Shown here piece by piece: positions 40,285 to 50,380 of a stretch of 64,000 nucleotides of DNA. Source of the stretch: a virus. The translations under genes were made by a program, and so were the position numbers. The stretch covers positions 18,227 to 82,226 of the IMG/VR virus record IMGVR_UViG_3300027759_000071. One strand, given 5' to 3'. The notes below the pieces were generated by a model that was not told the DNA's origin, ran no database searches, and worked only from the letters and a program-made list of their open reading frames with translations. The stretch's first letter is position 1, and every line of letters begins with the position of its first letter.

Positions 40285-40728
40285 ATGTATTTAAGAATTA
40301 TAAACGATACTATAATATATCCATATACAATTCAACAATTAAAGTTAGATAATTCAAATGTAACTTTTCCTGAAAATTTAACTAATGCTGTTTTACTTCA
40401 ATGGGATATGATTAGTGTTCAACCAACAGTAAAACCAAACGATTATACAAAAAATATTTCCGAAGGAACTCCTGAATTAATAGATGGTACATATAATCAA
40501 GTTTGGAATCAATCAAACGCATCTGAAACGGAAATTAATATTCGTATAGAAAATAAATGGATAGAAATCAGAAATTTGAGAGACCAATTACTTTTAGAAT
40601 CTGATTGGACACAATTAGCAGATTCTCCGCAAATTACAAATAATGACTGGAAAACATACAGACAATATCTTAGAGATATTACCAGTCAAAGTAACCCTTT
40701 TGGTATAAGCTGGCCTACAAAACCTTAA
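40285..40728 (+). CDS. Phage tail fibre assembly chaperone
   Basis: W..IR..RD.LL.ESDWTQL.D.P...W..YRQ.LRDIT.Q...WP.KP signature. Confidence 0.8.
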   Translation: MYLRIINDTIIYPYTIQQLKLDNSNVTFPENLTNAVLLQWDMISVQPTVKPNDYTKNISEGTPELIDGTYNQVWNQSNASETEINIRIENKWIEIRNLRDQLLLESDWTQLADSPQITNNDWKTYRQYLRDITSQSNPFGISWPTKP

Positions 40729-40741
40729 AAGGAAATTTATT

Positions 40742-40750
40742 ATATTTATA
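40742..40750 (+). promoter_or_regulatory. Putative late promoter ATATTTATA
   Basis: Intergenic, 24 nt before the ATG at 40775. Confidence 0.6.
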
Positions 40751-40774
40751 CCTATAACAAAATTACGGATATAA

Positions 40775-41110
40775 ATGAAAATAAATAGTCCCATTTTTTC
40801 AGGCTCAATAACGCAAGCAGTTAATGCGTATGCTACATTGAGTGGTTCGTTTACGGGCTCATTTACAGGTTCATTCAAAGGTTCTATTGATGTTCAGCAA
40901 GCATCTTTTGATTATTTAACAATTGGTCAAAGATTAATAGTTAGCGGAAGCTTAATTGTTACTGGTTCTGGAAATATAATTGGCCCATTAAATGTAACCG
41001 GTTCTACTAATATATTATCTGGCTCGGTGAATGTATTATCTGGCTCGGTAACAATAGAAGGTGTAAGTGTGTTAGATACAGCTTTAGCATATGCTATCGC
41101 ATTAGGATAA
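40775..41110 (+). CDS. Short fibre-like protein ending in AIALG
   Basis: SGSFTGSF and L.VTGS repeats; terminal ALAYAIALG. Confidence 0.6.
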   Translation: MKINSPIFSGSITQAVNAYATLSGSFTGSFTGSFKGSIDVQQASFDYLTIGQRLIVSGSLIVTGSGNIIGPLNVTGSTNILSGSVNVLSGSVTIEGVSVLDTALAYAIALG

Positions 41111-41122
41111 AAATAAAAATAA

Positions 41123-41458
41123 ATGGCAAATACATTTAAAAATAGTATAAGTGGTTCGATTGGTACGGCAAATACAATTGTATATCAAGCACCAGCTGCT
41201 ACATCAACAACTGTAATTGGGATGAGTGTTGCAAATACTAACCTTAATAATAATATTAATGTTAGTGCAACTTTAACAAGTGCTGGACAAGCTAAGACGG
41301 TATATGTAGTTAGAAATACTACTATACCTGTTGGAGGAAGTGTAGTGTTTGTTGGTGGTGACCAAAAAATAGCAATGAGTGCAGGAGATTTTATTTCGGT
41401 ACAATCTTCAGTAGCTGCATCGGCAGATGTAATTGTTTCGGTTTTAGAAATTAGTTAA
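41123..41458 (+). CDS. Small fibre adaptor-like protein
   Basis: MANTFK...VY.APA...TVIG..VAN...IPVG...K......D.I.V...DVIVS.LEI; paralogous to the ends of 25933..26850. Confidence 0.6.
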   Translation: MANTFKNSISGSIGTANTIVYQAPAATSTTVIGMSVANTNLNNNINVSATLTSAGQAKTVYVVRNTTIPVGGSVVFVGGDQKIAMSAGDFISVQSSVAASADVIVSVLEIS

Positions 41459-41472
41459 AAGTAATAAAATAG

Positions 41473-44400
41473 ATGAATGTTTTAGGCAAAAATCCTAACG
41501 GGTTTAATCAGATTAGTCAAAGTGTATTAGCGGTAACGGTAAATGGTATTGACCAAGTAAATGTATCAACATCATCGGTATCAGTTAATACATCGTTAAA
41601 TGTAATAAACTCAATAACCGCATCTATATTTAGTGGTTCACAATTTAGTGGTTCGTTTAGTGGTTCGTTTACTGGAGATGCTAGTAAGTTATATAATGTA
41701 ACTCAAATAGCTAGTGGTTCTATCTATGTAAAAGTAAATGAAAATAATGTACTAATAAGTGGTAGTACTCAAATTACTGGTAGTGTAAGAGTAACTGGTA
41801 GTGTATATGTAGAAACTGGTTCTTATTTTGTTGGAGATGGTTCTCAATTAAGAAATATTAATGCTGATTCAATTGGCGATATAAATAGAATTAAGTCAGG
41901 TTCAGCAATTGCTGTAATATCTCCTGATAAAGGATTGGAGATAAATATAAAAACAACTATAACAGGTTCTTTAATAGTTAGTGGAAGTGAAATAATTACT
42001 GGTAGTGTAAACATTTTAGGTAATGAAACTATCAATGGTAATGTAATTGTAAACGGAACGGAAAATATAAATGGTAACTTAAATGTTACTGGAGCTTTAC
42101 AGGTAACAGCTGGTGAAAATATAACTGGTAGTTTGAATGTAAGTGGTAGTGAAAATTTAATTGGTAACTTAACAATAACTGGTAACGAAAATATAAATGG
42201 AAATTTAGTTGTTACTGGTTCTCAAATAATAACACAAAATTTAACTGTAGCTGGTACTATTGTTTCAAATCAAATTGTAACAAACATAGTATCATCATCA
42301 GTAGTATATTCATCTGGCTCAAACATATTTGGTAATTCTGTAACAAATATACAACAATTAACTGGTAGTGTAAAAATAACAGGTAGTTTAATTGTTAGTG
42401 GTAGTGTTTATGTGGATAGTATCCCATCATCATTATCAAACCAAGTATTAGTAGTTGATACATCAACTGGTCAAATTGGTTCTAGATTTGCAGCAGCAAC
42501 ATCCGGTACATCTGGCACATCGGGAACATCTGGTACTTCAGGAGTAAGTGGTACATCTGGTAGTAGTGGTTCATCGGGAACATCTGGAAGTAGTGGTTCA
42601 TCTGGTAGTACTGGTACAGCTGGTACAACGGGTTCGGCTGGAACATCTGGAAGTAGTGGAACATCAGGAACATCTGGTACAAGCGGTTCATCCGGAACAT
42701 CTGGCACATCGGGAACATCTGGTTCATCCGGAACATCTGGTACACGTGGTACATCAGGAACATCTGGAGTAAGTGGTAGTAGTGGTTCGTCTGGAAGTAC
42801 TGGTTCTGCTGGTACATCTGGTTTGACTGGTACAAGTGGTTCATCTGGTACATCCGGAAGTAGTGGTTCATCTGGTAAAGATGGTTCATCTGGTACATCC
42901 GGAAGTAGTGGAAGTAGTGGAACAAGAGGTTCAGCTGGTTCATCGGGATTGACAGGAACAAGTGGTTCATCTGGTGTATCTGGTAGTAGTGGAACATCTG
43001 GTAAAGATGGAAGTAGTGGTAAAGATGGTTCATCTGGTACATCTGGTACATCTGGAAGTAGTGGAATAAGTGGTTCAGCCGGAACATCTGGCACAAGTGG
43101 AATAAGTGGGTCATCAGGAACATCTGGAACATCTGGTTCATCTGGAAGTAGTGGTTTAACTGGTGGTGGTGGTACATCTGGAATAAGCGGTACAAGCGGT
43201 ACAAGTGGCACAAGTGGCACAAGTGGAAGTAGTGGTTCGTCTGGTTCATCCGGCTCTACTGGTACGGCTGGTACATCTGGAAGTAGCGGTACATCTGGTA
43301 CATCAGGAATAAGTGGTTCATCTGGAACAAGTGGGGTTAGTGGTTCATCAGGATTATCTGGAACTGCTGGTTCATCTGGAAGTAGTGGTTCATCGGGAAC
43401 AACTGGTTCAGCTGGTACATCAGGAACATCTGGGACAAGTGGGTCATCAGGAACAAGTGGATTATCTGGTGCTACTGGTACATCAGGATTATCTGGAACT
43501 GCTGGTTCATCTGGTACAAGTGGTACATCGGGAATATCTGGCACAGCTGGAACATCTGGTAAAGATGGAGTAATAGGTTCATCTGGTTCGGCTGGCACAT
43601 CGGGAACATCTGGCACATCGGGAACATCTGGAAGTAGTGGTTCATCTGGTTCAGCTGGTACATCGGGAACATCTGGTTCATCGGGTTCATCTGGAGCACA
43701 AGGTTCATCTGGCTCAGCTGGTACATCGGGTACATCTGGAAGTAGTGGTTCAAGTGGTAGTAGTGGGACTAGTGGAACAAGCGGAAGTAGTGGTTCATCT
43801 GGAAGTAGTGGTTCATCTGGAGCACAAGGTTCATCTGGTTCAGCTGGAACATCGGGAACATCTGGCACAAGCGGTTCATCGGGAACGTCTGGTACAAGTG
43901 GCTCATCGGGAACATCTGGTATAAGCGGTTCATCAGGAACATCTGGCACAAGCGGTTCATCAGGAACATCTGGAGTAAGTGGAAGTAGTGGTTCATCGGG
44001 AACATCGGGAACATCGGGCACATCTGGAAGTAGTGGAACATCTGGTTCATCTGGTACGTCAGGAACAAGAGGTACATCTGGAAGTAGTGGTAGTAGTGGT
44101 TCATCTGGTTCATCCGGAAGTAGTGGTGCTACGGGAGCCAGTGGTTCATCTGGAAGTAGTGGTAGTAGTGGCACAAGCGGTACATCAGGAACATCTGGCA
44201 CAAGCGGTACTTCAGGAACATCTGGAAGTAGTGGTTCATCCGGTTCATCTGGTTCATCGGGAACATCTGGCACAAGCGGTACATCTGGAAGTAGTGGTAC
44301 ATCAGGATCAAGAGGTACATCCGGTTCATCTGGATTGTTATCTTTAAGTGGTGGTACTGATAATGGTGTAATAACACTAAATGGTACTGCACCAAATGCA

Positions 44401-47400
44401 ACCGTTGAAAGTAATTTATTATTTGATGGTACTACATTGACGGTAACTGGAAATAATACTGTTTCTGGAAATAGTGTTATGGGTGGTTTAACGGCAATTG
44501 GTAATACAACAATATATAAAGCTGGTGTAAGCGCACCAACAACTGCGGATAATACAAATAATGCACATTTAGTATTAGCTGGAACTAACGCATTAGTAAG
44601 ATTACAATTAGGTACTCAAAACGTTTCACCATTCGCAGGATGGATTCAAGCATCATATGATAATACAGGTGGAGCAAATGGTGTAGAACCCATAACATTA
44701 AATCCTTTAGGTGGTAATATTAATATCAATGGTAGTACATATTATCTTAGTAATGCTACATCAAACTTAAACGCATTAACATTAGCTGGTACTTTAAATG
44801 GTACAAACGCTGTGTTTTCATCAAATGTATCAGCAACAAATTTTTATGATGGTACTGGTACATTTAACGTAAATTTAGGTAATGGCGGTTCTGAAGGTAG
44901 AGGTATTGTAGCTGGTTATAGTGGTGGTTCTTATGGAGGATTAGGATACAACGTTAGACATACAACAACAGGTGGTAGCTGGAGAGCACCATTAGCAGAC
45001 ACATCAACTTATTTATTATTTAATAGTGGATTTACTTTCTATAATGATGCAGGTACAACATTAAATAGATTTGCATCATATACTCAAATAGGTAGATTGG
45101 ATGGTAGTGGTAACTTTACTATTCCTGGTAACTCACAAGTAGGAACTTCATATGTAGGTAACGCAACAACTTATTATGTTAATTCAGGTACATCCTATTT
45201 AAACAATTTAAGTTTAGCTGGAAACTTAGTAGCAGCTGGTGGTATGTATTCATCTGGTGTTTACAACTACGCATTCTTACAAGTAACTGATACTAATAAT
45301 TTCTGGATTACACCGGGAGCTAATAACTGGGGTTTATATTTTGAAACTACGGCTGGTGGATTATTGGGTGGTAGTGGTGATTCTAATAGATTAGGTTTTG
45401 TTGGTAGTGGTGTTGCTAGATTCTATGTAGATTTAAATAATGGAACTGGTTGGTTTGGAGGAAATTTAACAGCAGGTACGATTTATACTGGTGGTGGTTC
45501 TACATATTATATTAATGCAGGTACATCTTATTTAAACTCATTAACATTAGCTGGTAACTTAACTGCTAATACTGGAACTGTAATTGGAAATGTACTTTCA
45601 TTTGGTAATAATAATTCACCTTTAGTTTATTGTGGCTTTAGTGGAGGTTATTTATATAATGGATTTGCATATTCATCGGTTTGGTCTAATTTAAGACATG
45701 GTGATTTAATAACGTATGAAACATCGGCAAATAATTCATCTTGGACATCACAAACTATTACCGATACAATTAGAAATACATTTTTAGGAGAAAAAGCTAT
45801 ATCTTCTTATAGTGGTGGTGGATTTACTATTGATGCTAGTGGTGGCGGTAGAGGTCAAAGATTTACATTTAGTATAGGATATAAAAACTTTGATATGTTC
45901 CATGTGGTAGGTAGTACCAATGGAGCAAATATTACAATTACAGTAGAAACATCAACAAATGGAGGAAGTAGTTGGAGTACTGCATTCAGTCACAACTGGA
46001 GTAGCTGGCCTGGTAACTTTACTAAATTCTATTCTTTATTTGATTCTGCTATCAATAGAATAAGGGTATCATTCTACAATACGGGTGGTAGTGGAAATGC
46101 TGGATCTGTAGCTGCACTTGCATACTATGGTGGATATAGTGGATATAATCAACCATACCATCAAGCGGTTTATGATTACGATTATTATAGAGCATACATT
46201 AGTAGAGATACTACAATTGGTGGAAACTTAACTGCAAACACTGTATATGTTGGAGGAGCAACAACTTATTATGTAAACGCGACAACATCAAACTTAAGAG
46301 GTTTGATAGCTGGTGGTGTTGATAATGGGTCTGTAATTTTCTATCGTTCATCAAATCCATATTCAATTGGAGGTACTGATGCGGTATTGACTGTTTCTGA
46401 TAGAAGTGGAGCAGACTGGGGTATTTTTGTTGACAAGACTGGATTTGATTATGGTATTTATACAACTATATCATCCGGTGGTTCTTATGGATTTGCGGTT
46501 AATGATGGTAGTGGTTGGGTATGGAGAGTAAATGGAGCAGGTAATCAATTCTTTACTAATTATCTATCTGGTAATGGTAAGCAAGCACTTGATACAACAG
46601 ATAGTTATTTAAGATTAAATCAATCTAATGCATTTACTAATGGTACTTATACTCCATATAACTTTAGAGCAGATGGTAATCTTTATGTAGGTGGTACAAC
46701 TTATTACATTAGTAGTGGTGGACAAGCTAACTTAAGTTCAGCATATATTGGAGCACATTTATTTGACGCATTCAATACGGCAAATATTAGAATTAGAACA
46801 TCTGGAAATAGTGATGGTGGTATCGTAGTACAAAATAGTTCTGGTGGCTTCAAATTCCAATTATATGGTGATAATAGTAGTAACTATGGTTTTTTAAATG
46901 GTACATGGGCAAGCTGGGATTTGAGAAAAAATCTGAGTGATGGTAACTTGTATATGAATAATAATAGTAGTTATTACTTGAATACAAATGGTACAAGTGT
47001 TTTAAATATATTAAGAACTAATCAAGTATCAACTCCATATCATAGTTTAACATCTACATTTAACGCACTTAACTATTCAACTGGAAACGGATATTTAATT
47101 ACTACGAATATTGATTATGGTACTTTCAATATGCCAACTGTAATTATTGAGGGTTATGCATATGGAAATGCACAATCAATTAATTTACAAATTGTTTGGT
47201 ACGCATATGGTGGTAGTTGGACGAATCATTCATATATAAATAACGGTGATTGGGATCCTGGTACTGTAAGAATTGGTAGAAATGGGGCTGGTAAGGTGTG
47301 TATTCATCTATCATCAAACATCTATTATGGTAGATTTAACGTAAGATGTATATATGACCAAGGCTCAGGATATTTGGAAAGTTGGGCTATTACAGATGCA

Positions 47401-50355
47401 ACTTATACTGGTTTAAGTATAATAACAACTGTTCCAAAAAATTCATTAAATACATCAATTACTGGTAACGCAACATCTGAAACTTTAGCTACTGTAACAT
47501 CAAGAGGTAATGTTGCTAGTGGTGATTTAATTACTCCAAATTCATCTTATCATTTTAGAGCAAGATATGTAGATAACTCTGGTATTTATAATGCATCTCT
47601 TAATTGGTACGGTTTACAATTAGGTAATAATGGTGCAAACTATATAGTAGCAGGTAGAACTAATACAAATGGTTGGTTAGATTTCTATGTTAATAATACA
47701 TCAGATTTCCCTTCTATAAACGGACAGCACGCTGTAAGAATTGATTCGGACAGACGATTATATTCATATGTTGATACTCGTTCACCTATATTCTATGATT
47801 ATGATAATGCATATTATAAGTGGGATGGCAATGGTACATCAATAGGATATTTAATACAAGCTGAAGCTTACTTTAGACAAAATAACGATGGTGGTACATT
47901 CTTAGTATCCGATAACTCTGAAGCAAATAACTGGTTATTCCAAGAAAATGCTAGAGGCTGGGGTATATTTTATTTCAACAAAGGTTCTCAATCTGGACAA
48001 ACTTATGGTGCATACACTATGGTTGGTGCAGAAACTGTATTTGTTGGGCAAGGTTCTGGACCTGCAATGCCAGGTTGGGTTGGGTATAATGGTAGTAGTA
48101 AAGTAAATGCAATAATATCGCACTATAATGGTTCATTCTGGACATATGGTAGACAATATTCAGCAGACAGCATGCAGGCACCTGCATTTTATGGTACATC
48201 TAGTACTGGATACTATTCAGTTCCTGATGGTACTTCTAACTTGGTTGGAATGTATGCAAACTATTATAGAGGTAATACAAACGCCGGTGGTACTGGTAAC
48301 GCATCGTATCATCCATCTGGTATTTATTCATTAGGATATAACTGGTTGTATGGTGGTATTAATGCTGGTGGTAGTGATGTTGTAAGTGTAAACAATCTTA
48401 CGGTTGGATATTCTGGTTGGTTCAACTCTAATAATAATAACTCATCAAGAGATGGTGGTATTACATTGTGGAGTACTGGTAACACTACTACATCTTGGAT
48501 GGGATTCAAATATGGTGCAAACATTGGATATGGTACGCATGGTTATCAATCCGATAACTATGGTACTTGGTTTATAATGGATACATCTGGTAGAGCTTGG
48601 GTATTCAGAAATATGAGTACCAATACGAATGTGGCATCTATTAATAACTATGGTGATTTCTATACAAATGGTGTTCATAATGGTAGTACTTTAATTGCTC
48701 GTAGTTCTGTAAACTCAGATTACTACTATGATTATGGTGGAACATTCGCATTCAGAATTAATAGTGGAACTGGTAACACTAGAAGTATTGATTTGGGTAA
48801 TAGTGGAACTGACCCATCTGCAGTAGGTTCTCAAACTGGTATTACATCTGGTACTAGAAGTGATGCTCAACCTTACTATATGATATTTGTAAGAGGACCA
48901 TACAACAATGGTTACTCAACACATACTCGTTTAGTATTAGGATGGCACACTGGGGTTGAAATTGGTGGTAGATGGGATTATGGTGGAACTAGATTCTATA
49001 ATAATGACCCTTATCACGGTTCTGAAATTATGTCTGTTGGTGCTGGTGACCAAAATATTAGAATTTCTAATACTCTATACGTTCCGTATATTGTAGATAG
49101 AGATAATGGTGGATATTATATTGATATGAATGGTTCATCTTATATGAATACATTAACGATGGCCAATACAATATATTCTAATAACTGGTTTAGAAGTTAT
49201 GGTGGTACTGGATGGTATAATGAATCTTATGGTGGTGGTTGGTTTATGCAGGATTCTACTTGGTTAAGAACATATAATGGTAAAAACATTTATTGTGATT
49301 CATATATTAGAGCACAAGGTTCATTTAGAGTAGGTAGTGAATATTCTATTTGGGGAAACTATGGTTCATATAGCTCCTATATTAGTAGATTGGCATTTGT
49401 ATCATTTGACTGGAACGCAACATATGATACATTTAATAATCACGGATATGCATCGCAAGATTATAACGCTAACTGGGCTGATTCAGTTTCATTAAACTCA
49501 TTCAATGATATTACATTGAGAGTTGATGCGAATAACAATAACACTTATTCGTATTTGAGATTGATGGATAACTCAACTGGTGATAACACATTCACTTACA
49601 TGAGTGGTGAGAATGGTAACCCAATTGCATATTTCTACAATAGAATGTATTCTGGTACTATGTATAATAGATACGATGGTTCTAAATACTTAGACCGTTA
49701 TACTGGAGATTATACATCTTGGTATATGGGTGGTTCTAATAATGGATATTCTGGATGGAGAGTTGATGGTAGTATGGCATTGATGATACATACTGCTGGT
49801 GCTGGTGCACCTTGTGGATTCTGGCATCCTTCATATGGTTGGTCATTCTTATCATATTGTAATGGTAACGTTTATTTAGCATACGCAGCTGGTTGGAGAG
49901 CATATACTACTGATTGGGGATTCTATATTAGTGGTGATTTGAGAGCAAGTGGTAACGTAATTGCATACTATTCTGATATTAGACTTAAAGAAAATATAGA
50001 AACAATTCCTAACGCTTTAGAAAAAATCCAAAAGCTTAGAGGTGTTACTTATGATTGGAATAATGAAAAGGTAAACATTAATAGTAAGCGTGCTGGAACT
50101 AGAGATATTGGATTGATTGCACAGGAAGTTGAAGAAATAGAACCATTATTAACAACGGAATACCAAACTCAACTTACACATCAAGATTCTAAAAACGCAA
50201 TGGATGCGGTTGATTTTGTTCCTGAAATGTCTCCAATGTATAAGACTATCAAATACGATAAGATTACCGCACTATTGGTAGAGGCAGTTAAAGAATTAAA
50301 AGCAGAATTGGACGAAGCAAGAGCTGAAATCAAAGAATTGAAAAATAAAAAGTAA
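41473..50355 (+). CDS. Long tail fibre (2960 aa) with Gly-X-Ser tract and C-terminal S74 intramolecular chaperone
   Basis: L.VTG.E.I.G repeats; G-X-S tract at ~42500-44335; aromatic/Asn/Gly-rich distal part; YYSDIRLKENI...IGLIAQEVE...LLVEAVKEL. Confidence 0.85.
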   Translation: MNVLGKNPNGFNQISQSVLAVTVNGIDQVNVSTSSVSVNTSLNVINSITASIFSGSQFSGSFSGSFTGDASKLYNVTQIASGSIYVKVNENNVLISGSTQITGSVRVTGSVYVETGSYFVGDGSQLRNINADSIGDINRIKSGSAIAVISPDKGLEINIKTTITGSLIVSGSEIITGSVNILGNETINGNVIVNGTENINGNLNVTGALQVTAGENITGSLNVSGSENLIGNLTITGNENINGNLVVTGSQIITQNLTVAGTIVSNQIVTNIVSSSVVYSSGSNIFGNSVTNIQQLTGSVKITGSLIVSGSVYVDSIPSSLSNQVLVVDTSTGQIGSRFAAATSGTSGTSGTSGTSGVSGTSGSSGSSGTSGSSGSSGSTGTAGTTGSAGTSGSSGTSGTSGTSGSSGTSGTSGTSGSSGTSGTRGTSGTSGVSGSSGSSGSTGSAGTSGLTGTSGSSGTSGSSGSSGKDGSSGTSGSSGSSGTRGSAGSSGLTGTSGSSGVSGSSGTSGKDGSSGKDGSSGTSGTSGSSGISGSAGTSGTSGISGSSGTSGTSGSSGSSGLTGGGGTSGISGTSGTSGTSGTSGSSGSSGSSGSTGTAGTSGSSGTSGTSGISGSSGTSGVSGSSGLSGTAGSSGSSGSSGTTGSAGTSGTSGTSGSSGTSGLSGATGTSGLSGTAGSSGTSGTSGISGTAGTSGKDGVIGSSGSAGTSGTSGTSGTSGSSGSSGSAGTSGTSGSSGSSGAQGSSGSAGTSGTSGSSGSSGSSGTSGTSGSSGSSGSSGSSGAQGSSGSAGTSGTSGTSGSSGTSGTSGSSGTSGISGSSGTSGTSGSSGTSGVSGSSGSSGTSGTSGTSGSSGTSGSSGTSGTRGTSGSSGSSGSSGSSGSSGATGASGSSGSSGSSGTSGTSGTSGTSGTSGTSGSSGSSGSSGSSGTSGTSGTSGSSGTSGSRGTSGSSGLLSLSGGTDNGVITLNGTAPNATVESNLLFDGTTLTVTGNNTVSGNSVMGGLTAIGNTTIYKAGVSAPTTADNTNNAHLVLAGTNALVRLQLGTQNVSPFAGWIQASYDNTGGANGVEPITLNPLGGNININGSTYYLSNATSNLNALTLAGTLNGTNAVFSSNVSATNFYDGTGTFNVNLGNGGSEGRGIVAGYSGGSYGGLGYNVRHTTTGGSWRAPLADTSTYLLFNSGFTFYNDAGTTLNRFASYTQIGRLDGSGNFTIPGNSQVGTSYVGNATTYYVNSGTSYLNNLSLAGNLVAAGGMYSSGVYNYAFLQVTDTNNFWITPGANNWGLYFETTAGGLLGGSGDSNRLGFVGSGVARFYVDLNNGTGWFGGNLTAGTIYTGGGSTYYINAGTSYLNSLTLAGNLTANTGTVIGNVLSFGNNNSPLVYCGFSGGYLYNGFAYSSVWSNLRHGDLITYETSANNSSWTSQTITDTIRNTFLGEKAISSYSGGGFTIDASGGGRGQRFTFSIGYKNFDMFHVVGSTNGANITITVETSTNGGSSWSTAFSHNWSSWPGNFTKFYSLFDSAINRIRVSFYNTGGSGNAGSVAALAYYGGYSGYNQPYHQAVYDYDYYRAYISRDTTIGGNLTANTVYVGGATTYYVNATTSNLRGLIAGGVDNGSVIFYRSSNPYSIGGTDAVLTVSDRSGADWGIFVDKTGFDYGIYTTISSGGSYGFAVNDGSGWVWRVNGAGNQFFTNYLSGNGKQALDTTDSYLRLNQSNAFTNGTYTPYNFRADGNLYVGGTTYYISSGGQANLSSAYIGAHLFDAFNTANIRIRTSGNSDGGIVVQNSSGGFKFQLYGDNSSNYGFLNGTWASWDLRKNLSDGNLYMNNNSSYYLNTNGTSVLNILRTNQVSTPYHSLTSTFNALNYSTGNGYLITTNIDYGTFNMPTVIIEGYAYGNAQSINLQIVWYAYGGSWTNHSYINNGDWDPGTVRIGRNGAGKVCIHLSSNIYYGRFNVRCIYDQGSGYLESWAITDATYTGLSIITTVPKNSLNTSITGNATSETLATVTSRGNVASGDLITPNSSYHFRARYVDNSGIYNASLNWYGLQLGNNGANYIVAGRTNTNGWLDFYVNNTSDFPSINGQHAVRIDSDRRLYSYVDTRSPIFYDYDNAYYKWDGNGTSIGYLIQAEAYFRQNNDGGTFLVSDNSEANNWLFQENARGWGIFYFNKGSQSGQTYGAYTMVGAETVFVGQGSGPAMPGWVGYNGSSKVNAIISHYNGSFWTYGRQYSADSMQAPAFYGTSSTGYYSVPDGTSNLVGMYANYYRGNTNAGGTGNASYHPSGIYSLGYNWLYGGINAGGSDVVSVNNLTVGYSGWFNSNNNNSSRDGGITLWSTGNTTTSWMGFKYGANIGYGTHGYQSDNYGTWFIMDTSGRAWVFRNMSTNTNVASINNYGDFYTNGVHNGSTLIARSSVNSDYYYDYGGTFAFRINSGTGNTRSIDLGNSGTDPSAVGSQTGITSGTRSDAQPYYMIFVRGPYNNGYSTHTRLVLGWHTGVEIGGRWDYGGTRFYNNDPYHGSEIMSVGAGDQNIRISNTLYVPYIVDRDNGGYYIDMNGSSYMNTLTMANTIYSNNWFRSYGGTGWYNESYGGGWFMQDSTWLRTYNGKNIYCDSYIRAQGSFRVGSEYSIWGNYGSYSSYISRLAFVSFDWNATYDTFNNHGYASQDYNANWADSVSLNSFNDITLRVDANNNNTYSYLRLMDNSTGDNTFTYMSGENGNPIAYFYNRMYSGTMYNRYDGSKYLDRYTGDYTSWYMGGSNNGYSGWRVDGSMALMIHTAGAGAPCGFWHPSYGWSFLSYCNGNVYLAYAAGWRAYTTDWGFYISGDLRASGNVIAYYSDIRLKENIETIPNALEKIQKLRGVTYDWNNEKVNINSKRAGTRDIGLIAQEVEEIEPLLTTEYQTQLTHQDSKNAMDAVDFVPEMSPMYKTIKYDKITALLVEAVKELKAELDEARAEIKELKNKK

Positions 50356-50356
50356 C

Positions 50357-50365
50357 ATATTTATA
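50357..50365 (+). promoter_or_regulatory. Putative late promoter ATATTTATA
   Basis: Immediately after the fibre stop codon, 15 nt before the ATG at 50381. Confidence 0.55.
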
Positions 50366-50380
50366 TAAAATAACAAAACT

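Noticed and set aside
34843-44401. Long antisense ORFs (PDVPDEP..., up to 609 aa) and alternate-frame VHLEVVV / MFQMNH ORFs, also at 115-2775
   Set aside because: These are shadows of the 9-nt Gly-X-Ser periodicity, which lacks stops in other frames. They begin and end exactly with the tracts and have no expression signals.
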